DNA of 64,000 bases, taken from assembly GCA_000004985.1 (NCBI GenBank), contig GG738883.1; one strand, 5' to 3'. Every line of letters starts with the position of its first letter. The stretch's first letter is position 1. Source of the stretch: Naegleria gruberi (taxonomy: Eukaryota). The notes under the pieces were generated by a model that worked only from the letters and a program-made list of their open reading frames with translations, searched no databases and was not told where the DNA came from. This document shows, one piece after another, positions 45,573-55,938 of the stretch. The position numbers were made by a program, and so were the translations under genes.

Positions 45573-47666
45573 TTATCTAAGAATGTTTGTTGTTGAAGAG
45601 CCTAGTAAATTTTCCAAGAAGGTTAATCTTGTTTTGATTTTGTGTAGGAGAGCATCTGCATTCTTTGGCTTTTCTTTTTCAATTTGAGCTTGTAATCCTC
45701 TATAGTTTTCTGTCACGTTGATTATTAAATCCTTAGTTACAATTGAGTTTTCCAATGCAAAGTCCTTGGCATTAATGAGTAAAAGTTTCATGTCCAATGA
45801 TTCAGGATGTTCTGATTCCAATTCTTGTAGATAAGGAATGGCATCTGAAGCAGATTTTGTGACAGTTCGTCCAGCAAGGTAAAATGATGTGCTATTAACA
45901 ATGTATGGATCAAATTCACACAAATGTCTTATGGAGAATAGAATATTGAAGGTTTCGGCAGTGGCTGCATGATTTCTCAAGTAAAAATTAGCTCTCATTC
46001 TTAAGAAAATACTTTGAGTAATAAGGTTACTCGTAATTCTAGGAGGACAATTTGTGAAAATTTCCTGAAGAGAATTCAACTGCTCAATAATTGCTGCGGC
46101 TGATTCTTGAACCTTAGGAAGAGTGTCTCTGGATTTAGAGTAGTAATCAATGTGCAAACTATGAATTGAAGCAAGTCGTAATGCAATAGGCATGAATGAA
46201 TAAGAGCTGGTTTTCCTCACGGAATATCTCTTCAACATCTTTTCCAATAGATTGCACAAGTTAATGCATTGAGTTAAACTATCTTCAAGTTTTGTTTTCA
46301 CTTGATTTTTCGTAACATCCTTAGTTAATAAGAACTTAACTCTCTTTTCTAGTGTAATAATATTAAAATATGTAATGTATGGATTGTTAGGATCAGTTTT
46401 TTGTAATTCAAAAAGTTGAGATTTGGTAATCTCGATTGTTTTTTCGTTTTTTCCATCAGAGTTCAAAATTATTTGACATAAATTCATACAAGATTTCAAA
46501 TTAAGAGGAATTCCTGTTCCAATATCATCAAAGACATTGTTATTCAGATGAGCTTTTTGGAATAAGGCCTGAGCATTATTAAGCATTTTGAGAAGTACGG
46601 TTTTTTCAGTATTATTATCGGTGGTCATAAGTGGTTCATTGAGCATAATAGTGTAGCAATACCCAGAGAAAAGTTCCTTGCTCAGTGTTATATTAGGATG
46701 AACATTTTCATTAACAACATTTGTGAAAAATAATAGAAATGCCTTTTGAATTTCCAAATCAATAATTGATGATTTGGCGATCAAATCAGAATAATCACTG
46801 GTCAATATGGAATGAACTGCTTTTTTCAAATCCATTTGTTGAATTTCAGTACTTTTTTCCGGCATTCCAAATCGTTCTGGATTAATCTTTTGAATAATTT
46901 CATTTAACAATTTGCTAACTTCAATTTCTTTCAATTTCTCAATCCATTCGCTCCATTCCTTAGTTTTAAAAGCCCATCCCTGAAGTAAAGACTGAACAAA
47001 CACAAGAGAAAAATTCAACATTTCATCACACAGTACATTATTTCCAGGAGCCATAATTCTATTCAACAAGAAAACTCCAGCTTTTTCCTGCTCATTACTA
47101 GCCAATAATTCCCTCACATATTCCAAATCCTTTCCCAACTCACGTCTCGACTTTTCCAATTGATTTTTATCCACAGCTTCCTGTTGCAATTTCCTACTCT
47201 TTTTCAATTGTTCTTCAATTTGCAATTTCATTTGTTGAATATTAAGCAAATTTTCCTCATGACTAATTTCCTTCCTAACAAAAACTCCACTCGTACGAAG
47301 ATTAGATTTGGATTTGATAGAAGTACTAGTAGTAGTGGCATTGCTTGTATTAGATGTAATTGATGAAGTATTAGTAGTAATATTAGGCTTGCTTAAATTA
47401 TTATTTGGAGAAGAGTTTCTATGGGATTTGAATGTTTTTAAATCATCAGCGAATTTTAATTTCAATTCCGATGAGTGATAATGTCTCATTCCATCACCAT
47501 CACCAACATTAAATATTAAACTAGTATTATTACATTTAATATTATTATTACTACTATGCTGATGAATATTATTGCTATAATTTAATATATAATTCCGAAA
47601 ATATGTTGCTGATTTCCTTGGTAAACGATGTGAAAGACTTCTCGAGGAGGAAATGGAGAGTTTCAT
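45573..47666 (-). CDS. hypothetical large alpha-helical protein (697 aa)
   Basis: Long ATG ORF with an N-terminal S/N/T-rich region, then a helical region. No family recognised. Confidence 0.65.
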   Translation of the reverse strand: MKLSISSSRSLSHRLPRKSATYFRNYILNYSNNIHQHSSNNNIKCNNTSLIFNVGDGDGMRHYHSSELKLKFADDLKTFKSHRNSSPNNNLSKPNITTNTSSITSNTSNATTTSTSIKSKSNLRTSGVFVRKEISHEENLLNIQQMKLQIEEQLKKSRKLQQEAVDKNQLEKSRRELGKDLEYVRELLASNEQEKAGVFLLNRIMAPGNNVLCDEMLNFSLVFVQSLLQGWAFKTKEWSEWIEKLKEIEVSKLLNEIIQKINPERFGMPEKSTEIQQMDLKKAVHSILTSDYSDLIAKSSIIDLEIQKAFLLFFTNVVNENVHPNITLSKELFSGYCYTIMLNEPLMTTDNNTEKTVLLKMLNNAQALFQKAHLNNNVFDDIGTGIPLNLKSCMNLCQIILNSDGKNEKTIEITKSQLFELQKTDPNNPYITYFNIITLEKRVKFLLTKDVTKNQVKTKLEDSLTQCINLCNLLEKMLKRYSVRKTSSYSFMPIALRLASIHSLHIDYYSKSRDTLPKVQESAAAIIEQLNSLQEIFTNCPPRITSNLITQSIFLRMRANFYLRNHAATAETFNILFSIRHLCEFDPYIVNSTSFYLAGRTVTKSASDAIPYLQELESEHPESLDMKLLLINAKDFALENSIVTKDLIINVTENYRGLQAQIEKEKPKNADALLHKIKTRLTFLENLLGSSTTNILR

Positions 47667-48006
47667 CTCTAGATTTTTTTTTTTAATTTCAACAAATTTA
47701 AATTTCTTTAATATTTAAAATTATTTTAATATTTAATATTAATGGTTGTTGTATAGAACAGAGAATGTTGGACAAGGTCATGGATAAATGCAATTCTTAA
47801 ATCACCAAATTTAATACTGAATTACCATATTTATACAGTGATTGTCTTTGCATGGATTTGATTTGTCAGTCTCACCTAATAACCAAAGGCAATTACAAGA
47901 CATTAAAGTTGTTACAATTAAAAACATCATAAAAAAAGTATCTACAAGGCATCACAAGCCATACAATCATTTCGAATACTTTTCTAAAAGAATAATTTAC
48001 TTTCGG

Positions 48007-49677
48007 ATGGGAAATACACATCATCAGGGACTTGAAGAGGGTCATCATCACCGAAAATCACAACGTTCCTCTGATAATTCACCACTTTCCACTCATCAAA
48101 ATCCTTTCCATCATCGACACAGCACCAAAAGCAATCATTCGAATTATGAACAACAATTAGATACTGCCATAACACAATTAACCAATAATAATGGAACTCT
48201 GGATGAAAATAATCATCATCATTACCAACCTAATCATCAATTGGATGGTGAAATTCTTGTTGGTCTTCCAAATATAACTGCCTTTTCAGGAAAAGATGCA
48301 CTAGTGGTGGAAAATTCACTTGAAAAATTCAAAATCCTATTGTGTGGAAGTGGATCAAGTGGAAAAACCACATTTCTCAAAAGTATTGAATTGTACAAGA
48401 AGGGAGCATTTATGGAATCAGCTTACAAGAAGGGAATTATCTATTTTAATATTATTAGAGATTTGGGATTGATGTGTAAACAGTATTTGAGTGTGGCTAC
48501 AGAGTTTTTGAATTTCATTTCAGGTTTGAATGAGGAAAATTATGGAAAATCATTGAGTGATTTGAATGAAATGTTTCCTAGAGAATTGCCACGTGAAATT
48601 ACAGATTCGATGGATAGATTGATTAAGGTTGCGAGCTCAAAGAATTTTCTACATAGTTCAGCAAGTAGATCATCTTCAAAACAGTATAATCCTACATTTG
48701 ATACTTATTTTAATGAGCAAACATTTGAGGATATTGAATCATTGTGGAAATATAGACCTTTCAACTTATTTGCTCATTTTCACTTGACACATTCAAGTAT
48801 TCCAGAATTTTTGACACCTGTTTTAACTAAAATGGACACAATTCCAAACATTACGTTTGGAGAGAATGAATCCACTAATTATTCCAAGTTTATGCTCTCA
48901 TTGAGGAATAGTGATTTTGATGATTTAATTTACTTTTTAGATCGTAGACTCAATGAATTATATCCTCCTTATCAGTATGACCCCAATTGGGTTGATCTCT
49001 TACATAGAAGACAAAAAACAGTTGGATTTTATCATTTAAACTATGTGGAAGATGCCATTTCAGAGGAGGGCATGAGAGAAACGAGAAATTACATTTTTAT
49101 TGATACAGCTGGTCAAAGGTCAGAAAGAAAGAAGTGGTCAATCTGTTATCCAAACACATTTACACTCTTTTACTTTGTTTCATTGGCTGATATTAATTTA
49201 ACATTGTATGAATCGAATGTGGAGAATAGATTGTTGGATTCTTTGCATTTGTTTGAGCATGTTTGTCAGGAACCAGATCTCATTCAAACTCCAATTGTTC
49301 TCTTCTTTACAAAAACAGATATTCTCAAGAGGAAGATTAAAAATGGATTGAAACCTATTGAGCTATTTGAAAAGATTGAAAAGCTCTACTCACAACGATA
49401 TGAAGCAGCAACCATTGTTGACATGCCACCATCATCTGCAACTAATGATACTGAGAAGAATTCCGAACTTTCTCTCAATATTTCGTCTGGAAATCAAGCG
49501 AATCAAGTCGATGCTGAATTCAACCAATTCATTGAATATATTTCAGCCAAATTCAAGGAAAAACTGTTACCAACACAAACAATCACCATTTACACTCTCG
49601 ACTGCACTGAACCTACTCAATTCAAAACAACATTCAAGGAAATCATGCAAATGTTAAATAAAACTATCAAGGACTAA
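48007..49677 (+). CDS. divergent heterotrimeric G-protein alpha-subunit-like protein
   Basis: First ATG at 48007 (MGNTHHQ...; the track ORF started at TTG 47842). G1 LCGSGSSGKTTFLKS. Switch I RRQKTVGF. G3 DTAGQRSERKKW instead of DVGGQRSERKKW. G4 FTKTD instead of NKKD. G5-like LDCTEP. The helical-domain insert is large. Confidence 0.8.
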   Translation: MGNTHHQGLEEGHHHRKSQRSSDNSPLSTHQNPFHHRHSTKSNHSNYEQQLDTAITQLTNNNGTLDENNHHHYQPNHQLDGEILVGLPNITAFSGKDALVVENSLEKFKILLCGSGSSGKTTFLKSIELYKKGAFMESAYKKGIIYFNIIRDLGLMCKQYLSVATEFLNFISGLNEENYGKSLSDLNEMFPRELPREITDSMDRLIKVASSKNFLHSSASRSSSKQYNPTFDTYFNEQTFEDIESLWKYRPFNLFAHFHLTHSSIPEFLTPVLTKMDTIPNITFGENESTNYSKFMLSLRNSDFDDLIYFLDRRLNELYPPYQYDPNWVDLLHRRQKTVGFYHLNYVEDAISEEGMRETRNYIFIDTAGQRSERKKWSICYPNTFTLFYFVSLADINLTLYESNVENRLLDSLHLFEHVCQEPDLIQTPIVLFFTKTDILKRKIKNGLKPIELFEKIEKLYSQRYEAATIVDMPPSSATNDTEKNSELSLNISSGNQANQVDAEFNQFIEYISAKFKEKLLPTQTITIYTLDCTEPTQFKTTFKEIMQMLNKTIKD

Positions 49678-49678
49678 T

Positions 49679-50160
49679 TTATTCGTCATCATCTTCATCA
49701 CTTTCTTCCTCTTCAGAATCGGAGAAAGCTACTCTATTAGGATTTCCTTGAAACATTTCATCTTCCTCTTCATCATCAATATCCAAAACTTGTTGTTTAT
49801 CTTCTGTTGTTGTATTGTTATCATTATCAAATTCAGCTGGCCATTTTCCTTGTTTCTTCAATTCCTTTACTTGTTGAGCAACCAAAATATGATCAACAAA
49901 TCCTTTAATTTTACCCTTGTTCTGTTCGGAAAGATCAGTGCTAATAATCACAAAATCACCCTTCTTTACCCAAAGTAATTTATTAAACTTGGTCGGAAGG
50001 ATAACAAGTATTCTTTCTCTTGTTCCTGGATATTCTACTTCAATTTGGTTGGTTCCTCTTGTTGCGACAATTCTCACGATAGATTGACTATCAGTAATTT
50101 CTGGTGCTTCATCAAATAACGTATTTTGAATATTCTTTCTTACTCTACTCATCTTTTCAT
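49679..50160 (-). CDS. eif1ad: probable RNA-binding protein EIF1AD (eIF1A-like S1/OB domain)
   Basis: First ATG at 50160 (MSRVRKNIQ...). Close match to EIF1AD over its length: IVRIVATRGTNQIEVEYPGTRERILVILPTKFNKLLWVKKGDFVII...QVKELKKQGKWPAEF. Acidic tail. Confidence 0.85.
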
Positions 50161-50793
50161 TTTTTTTATTCAATTTCAAAATTTCATCAAACTTTTCATC
50201 ACGGAATTGAATTTTAATAATTTAATTTAAATGATGAAGATAAATTGTGATATTGAAGATTAGATAGAGGTTTAAATGATCGGATAATATGATTGGGAAC
50301 ACACAGCAATGATGATGTTAGAGTCTGCAGATTCTTGTGTCAAGGAGTGTCAACATACACTCATAGCACAAGGAGTTTCTTTCTTCTTGACAATTTACAA
50401 TGACCAAACTACAGTTAATACTCTTGAATTGTTTGAACAAAACTATGTATTTTGTTTGCCATGTACTAATTGTTTAACTTTAAAAGAGTAAATAGCTCAG
50501 TTGACCACCCAAAATCACCAATAAATTTCGCTTTTCGCAAACTTTGAACCAACTCGAAATCCATAAAAATAAAGGTAAATTTTTGGGCGGGAGGAGTTCA
50601 ACTTACCAATTAGTCAATTCATCCAAAGTTGTGTGAACCAGGTCCTCAAGATTTTGTAATCCAAAACTATGAAGTTTTCTGATTGGATCTTCTTGGAATA
50701 GAGTTTGTTTTTAATGCGTGTTTGCATTGCAAAAAACGTACAAATAGTTTGTGTAGTTTTGTGTTCAGAGATTTCGATGACAAAAAAAACAAA

Positions 50794-52299
50794 ATGAAAC
50801 AACAAGTTTTATTAATGATGATTGGCATGTTTCTCATATTGAGTGCTGCTATTATTTCAGAAAGTTATGCCAAGATTAGTTTGGTTTCTGATATCAAGAC
50901 TAATCCTACTTCACCTGCCTGGCCACAAACTCTTCACGATGAATATCTTTCCAATAGAGTTCCATTCAATTATGCTCACAATAATTGGTATCAAACTATC
51001 AAAGTTTCCAACATGACTCTTTTCACACCAAAGGGAATGATTGACTCTTTCGCTGACCAAATGAAATTCATCTTACAAAGTCAACTCGACAATTCCCAAT
51101 TCTATCTTTCTCAAGTTGATTTAATGAGTGGTGCCATCCAATTGAGTGGATTGAAACCAAAGAATTTAATTCCAAAGAATTTACATTTGCCTTCATATTT
51201 CTTTGCAAGTGGTTCGATGGTTGGTGATAAGAATGGAAATATGTTCATGTTTGCTACCAATGATACTCTCCATTATGGAAGTACTTACAATTACTTGTTG
51301 GTTGTTCAAGCTAAGGAAAAGACAATTCAAGCTATTGCACTTTCTAATTTTGGTAATGTTATGGATTTTTACAAATTAGGAGGTTTACTAATTGATGAAG
51401 TTAATAATCATTTGATCATTTCTTCCAGTACTCACCTTATGGCAGTTGACTTGGAAACATTTACTATCAAATGGAAACAACAACTTCGTGTTTTCAAATC
51501 TCAAGCCGTTGCCGTAACTGGAAATATCATTTCCATCAATAACAATAATGGAAATGTAATCTTGTTTGTTGCAACTGTCAACTCAATCTTTAAAATTCAT
51601 TCACAGGATGGTTTGGTTCTTGCAATTACTCATTTAAATCAACCAGAATTTGAAAATGGTGAAGCAGGAATTGGCTCTATCACTTCATTAGATGGCATGG
51701 ACTTGTTGGCAGTTGTCATGAATGGTGAGGCTTCATATTCTTCATCTGTTTACTTTGTTAATATGGAAAATCAACAATATTCTCTTTCAATGATTCAAGA
51801 ATCGAATACTAGATATTTGGCTTATTCTTGCTTCTCTCCAACTAGTTTCACTCATCAAGACAGGTCAACTAATGGTGTTGAAATGGTTAGAGTAACATTT
51901 GCTTGTCAATCATCATGGTTTTCAACTAAGAATTCATTGGTTTTGGTTAGTGCCACAGCAAATGTAACTTCTGATTTTATGGGATCAAAGTTTACCACTC
52001 CTTCTATTGATTACTACTCTGAATTGGTTTCTAATACTAATATGAATCATTTTTGGATTGGTGCTGCAAGCGATAAGAGAGATTTAATTTCCTATTTCGA
52101 TATCAAAACACATGCATTAATTGCTTCCAATATTCAAGATAAGATTCGTCAAGTCGTTCATATGGATCTTTCATATGCTGCTGAATTGTGGGATAGTAGC
52201 TCAATTTGTCATTCCTTTACTGCTTCCAATGATAGATTGTATTCTTGCTGTCTTGTTAAAGATCAATTAGTGTGCAGATCAGTACAATATTTGAACTAA
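50794..52299 (+). CDS. hypothetical secreted protein (signal peptide; ~500 aa)
   Basis: In-frame ATG at 50794 gives the signal peptide MKQQVLLMMIGMFLILSAAIISESYA. No domain recognised; possibly beta-rich. Confidence 0.6.
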   Translation: MKQQVLLMMIGMFLILSAAIISESYAKISLVSDIKTNPTSPAWPQTLHDEYLSNRVPFNYAHNNWYQTIKVSNMTLFTPKGMIDSFADQMKFILQSQLDNSQFYLSQVDLMSGAIQLSGLKPKNLIPKNLHLPSYFFASGSMVGDKNGNMFMFATNDTLHYGSTYNYLLVVQAKEKTIQAIALSNFGNVMDFYKLGGLLIDEVNNHLIISSSTHLMAVDLETFTIKWKQQLRVFKSQAVAVTGNIISINNNNGNVILFVATVNSIFKIHSQDGLVLAITHLNQPEFENGEAGIGSITSLDGMDLLAVVMNGEASYSSSVYFVNMENQQYSLSMIQESNTRYLAYSCFSPTSFTHQDRSTNGVEMVRVTFACQSSWFSTKNSLVLVSATANVTSDFMGSKFTTPSIDYYSELVSNTNMNHFWIGAASDKRDLISYFDIKTHALIASNIQDKIRQVVHMDLSYAAELWDSSSICHSFTASNDRLYSCCLVKDQLVCRSVQYLN

Positions 52300-52343
52300 A
52301 GCTTACTCTCAATAAACTTATCAACTTTTGAAGAAGATCATCT

Positions 52344-52838
52344 TTATTTAAAATTTACATTGCCTTGCTTTACATCTGATGATCTTCCATCCACTTGGCC
52401 ACTCTTGGTAACCAAAACATCGCCACTTTTTACAGAGCTACTGTTTTGATTGACTGTTCCATCATAGTTTAACAAAAGAGAGCCATCTCTAACATCAGAA
52501 CTTCTCTTGTCCACATTTGTTTCAATCAAATCATCTCTTGTTTGTCCCAATGCTCCAGCAGAGGAATAGTCATAAGGGTAATTTTGATTCTTGTCATATC
52601 TATTCTGTTTTGCTTGAAGAGCTTGAAGGTTTTTTGAATCATAGGTTCCTCCTGCAGCCAATGGCTTGGCATGATCAACATCCCAACCCATGGGAGAGAT
52701 CATGCCATAGGAGGGTCCATACAAGACGTTTCCAACCGCGTCCTCTCGGTAGAGGTTTGGATCTTTAGTTGGAATTGTGGATCCTTTTTCCCAAGCATTT
52801 TCTTTCTCAGCATCAGTAAAGTTACGTCTTTCTGTCAT
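52344..52838 (-). CDS. HNH-nuclease-like domain protein lacking zinc-binding cysteines, with C-terminal G.V.....SSDV+.G repeats
   Basis: FTDAEKENAWEKG...YGPSYGMISPMGWDVDHAKPLAAGGTYDSKNLQALQAKQNRYDKNQ follows the HNH (bba-Me) pattern ...W.K...C..CG...evDHIiPlskGG.d...NLqlLc..CN..K. The His, GG, NLQ, L, N and K are present, but the Cys pairs are replaced. Confidence 0.6.
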   Translation of the reverse strand: MTERRNFTDAEKENAWEKGSTIPTKDPNLYREDAVGNVLYGPSYGMISPMGWDVDHAKPLAAGGTYDSKNLQALQAKQNRYDKNQNYPYDYSSAGALGQTRDDLIETNVDKRSSDVRDGSLLLNYDGTVNQNSSSVKSGDVLVTKSGQVDGRSSDVKQGNVNFK

Positions 52839-53267
52839 TTTTTGTTTTTAAGGTGAATGAAATTGCATTGACCTTTTTGTAGAGTTATCGTTTACTAATT
52901 CCCAACCCAAAACTGATACAATCCATACCAGGAAATTGCCAGTTGAGGATTAGCTTTAATAGAAATTGTTTGAATTGAGTAAAACTCGATATTTAGTATT
53001 GAAGTGACATTTCCCAAGTTCAATCTATAATTGTCATAATTGTTCTGTTTGGATTATCATCTAAGTTTCATCACAACAAGCAAAGCTATCAAATTATTCA
53101 AAAATCAAAAGACAACATCTCAACCAAACAAAGAGCTGCATTCTGCAAGACAATAGTGATGATAATGGAATTGAGGAATACTCTAGAATACTATTGATAG
53201 AATCACAATATCCTCACATTAGACAAAACACATCATACATTTTGAGTACCTTGTCACAAGTAATAGT

Positions 53268-54212
53268 TCAATAGTACACCTGTCTATTACTTTCATCCCA
53301 CATATATGGTTTTAATAACTGTTCTGCCTTGTCTGGAAACTCTATAAACTCTTCTTTGAAATTTTCGTAATTAGAAAATAATTCAGAATTGAGAGCGTGT
53401 AGAATATCGAATGTAATTGAGATATTGAGGTCAAGCATTCCAGATTCAGTTAGCAATATTGGACAATTTGTTATTTTGGAAACAGTATCCATACGTTTTC
53501 CATAGCAAAAACCATAAAACAAACACCATCTCCATGGTACTTCTAACATGCGATTCGAATCCCTCATTAAAAGCTCCATAGTTGTTAAACAGATTTCAAA
53601 AGTATAATGAAATTTGCTTGGATTGACTAAATCTCTCTTTTTCGAATTGTTAAATAGTGGAACCCTTACATCCTTTACTCCATAATAGGTTAAAACTTTA
53701 ACATGAGGAAAATTGGTTGCGAGTAATTTCTTGTACCTTTCTATTTGAGAAACTAAAACCACAACCAGAATAGGTTGAGAATTATTACTCTCCATTAAAT
53801 AGTTAATCATTGAGAGTATAATTTCATCTCGATCAGCATGACATCTCAAATATGAATTAGCCTTTTTGTGATATTGATCAATTAACCATTCAGTAATTAA
53901 ATCAACTTCCTTTTTTTCTGAATTAATTATTTTCTTCTTGGTTTTCAAATATGAACCACGATATTGAATCGGAATTGTTATTTCTTCCGAGGAGGTGGTT
54001 GAACATTGTCTTTTAATAACTTGCTGAATATTCATAACGTATTCTTCAATTTTATGATCGGAATCAAGGCTTTCATTTAAATATTCCCAACTCTTTGATT
54101 TATCATCCCATTCAATATAATATACCAGTGATTGTTTAGAATTATCCTCATCATCCATAATAATACCATGATCTAATATTTTGAAAATCTTCCTTCCTCC
54201 ATTTAACGACAT
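53268..54212 (-). CDS. hypothetical chromodomain-like protein
   Basis: First ATG at 54212 (MSLNGGRK...). N-terminal KIFKILDHGIIMDDEDNSKQSLVYYIEWDDKSKSWEYLNESL resembles a chromo/chromo-shadow fold. The rest is unassigned. Confidence 0.5.
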   Translation of the reverse strand: MSLNGGRKIFKILDHGIIMDDEDNSKQSLVYYIEWDDKSKSWEYLNESLDSDHKIEEYVMNIQQVIKRQCSTTSSEEITIPIQYRGSYLKTKKKIINSEKKEVDLITEWLIDQYHKKANSYLRCHADRDEIILSMINYLMESNNSQPILVVVLVSQIERYKKLLATNFPHVKVLTYYGVKDVRVPLFNNSKKRDLVNPSKFHYTFEICLTTMELLMRDSNRMLEVPWRWCLFYGFCYGKRMDTVSKITNCPILLTESGMLDLNISITFDILHALNSELFSNYENFKEEFIEFPDKAEQLLKPYMWDESNRQVYY

Positions 54213-54411
54213 TTTTTTCAAACTTGGAAAATTGAAAAATTGTAACAAATAAAATCAATGAAATTACATGTGTTTCATAGTGAAATACTGTTCCTGGAGT
54301 AATGCATGGAACAATTTAATACACTCTAATCCATGTAACCTTCCAACCCTTTACAACTTCCACCTATGTTCCGACTATTCCACTCAGCGAATCAAAAAAC
54401 AATCAAAAAAA

Positions 54412-55398
54412 ATGCAACCAAATCATTATGGGGGTTACCCTGCTGGTGGTCATCAACAGCAACCAATGATGATGTACGGAAATAATACTCAAAACCTTTC
54501 TTTATCATCGGGAGGTGTTACTCTTACGATGAGTGGTAATAATAATACACCAGGGATTGTTGGTGGAGTTCCAATTATGTATCAACAACAAATGATGATG
54601 AGTCCACTTCTTCCGTATAATTTGAAAGGAGAAGTTGTGATCAAGCTTCAAAATCCATTTTCAATTAAATTGTTACCAAAATCTAATACTTTGGTGATGG
54701 TTGATGGAAATATAGGTCGTGTTGTGATGAAGGATGCAACTACTGGTATTATTAAAGAAGATTTCTCAGTTACATCTGGATGTGTTAAAGGAATTGGGGT
54801 TGATCCAACAGATGATAGTTTTTATATAATTTCAGGAAAATTCTTGATAAAATATGATTATCGTGGAGTTTATCTTGGAAAATTTGCAAAGAAAATGAAT
54901 TTGAACAATCCATATGGTTGTACTGTTGATGATACTGGAAATGTCTATATCACAGATTTGAATGATTGTAAAATTGTTGTTCTCTCACGTGAAGAGCAAC
55001 TTGTAAATAAGATTGAATTTAACAAACCATACGATATAGTATTTGATAATGTGAATAAGCTCCTAATTGTGACAGATCAACAAAAGGATTGTGTTAGAAT
55101 TTTAGCAAAGAGTGGTCAAGAAATTAGAAAGATTGGAGACAAGGGTAACGCCAAAGGTCAATTCAGTTCACCAAGTGGTGTTTGTGTGGATGGAAATTCT
55201 CAAATTTTCGTAGCAGATTATGGAAATCATCGTGTACAAATGTTTGACATTAATGGAAGATTTTTAAATTCATTTGGAACAAAGGGCAATACAGATTCAC
55301 ATTTTGATTTACCAAGATCTCTATGTGTGGATATGAATGGAAATTTATATGTAGCAGAGTATGGTAATTCACGTGTACAAGTATTCAAAAAGTTGTAA
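54412..55398 (+). CDS. NHL-repeat protein with Q/M-rich N-terminus (tandem paralog 1)
   Basis: ATG at 54412. C-terminal six-bladed NHL repeats (…GQFSSPSGVCVDGNSQIFVADYGNHRVQMFD...). Collinear with the downstream gene 55758..57251. Confidence 0.75.
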   Translation: MQPNHYGGYPAGGHQQQPMMMYGNNTQNLSLSSGGVTLTMSGNNNTPGIVGGVPIMYQQQMMMSPLLPYNLKGEVVIKLQNPFSIKLLPKSNTLVMVDGNIGRVVMKDATTGIIKEDFSVTSGCVKGIGVDPTDDSFYIISGKFLIKYDYRGVYLGKFAKKMNLNNPYGCTVDDTGNVYITDLNDCKIVVLSREEQLVNKIEFNKPYDIVFDNVNKLLIVTDQQKDCVRILAKSGQEIRKIGDKGNAKGQFSSPSGVCVDGNSQIFVADYGNHRVQMFDINGRFLNSFGTKGNTDSHFDLPRSLCVDMNGNLYVAEYGNSRVQVFKKL

Positions 55399-55757
55399 TT
55401 AAGATTAAACGATTTTTCTCCATATTGAATATTTCATTACATACAAGAGAGAAGTGTTGTGGAATAGTAGTAGTAATTCATACAACCAACAGAAAAGAGC
55501 GCTTAACTCTGTAACAAACATCAATTCCACAACATATCAGTTCTCAATAATGTGTTACACACATTTTCAATATTGGAAATGATCTGTGTCCAACCAATAA
55601 AATCATATCAACATCTCAAAAATCTTTGAAAATCACCAACACAATGCAAGCTTAATAAATTGTTACACACAACACCAAACTACACTGAACACTCAATGAA
55701 CATTCTCCAATTTCCAAAACATTTAAATAGATCTTTGTAAATTACAATTTTTAAAAA

Positions 55758-55907
55758 ATGTATCAACAACAACAACCTTATTATCATCCATCACAACAAC
55801 AACGACAACAACCGAATTTACCCATCGGATCAGTATCACACCAGCAAATAACTGTACAGAATAATTTTCAACCAAACATGTATCCTCCACATCCTCAACA
55901 ACAATAT

Positions 55908-55938
<31 letters not shown>

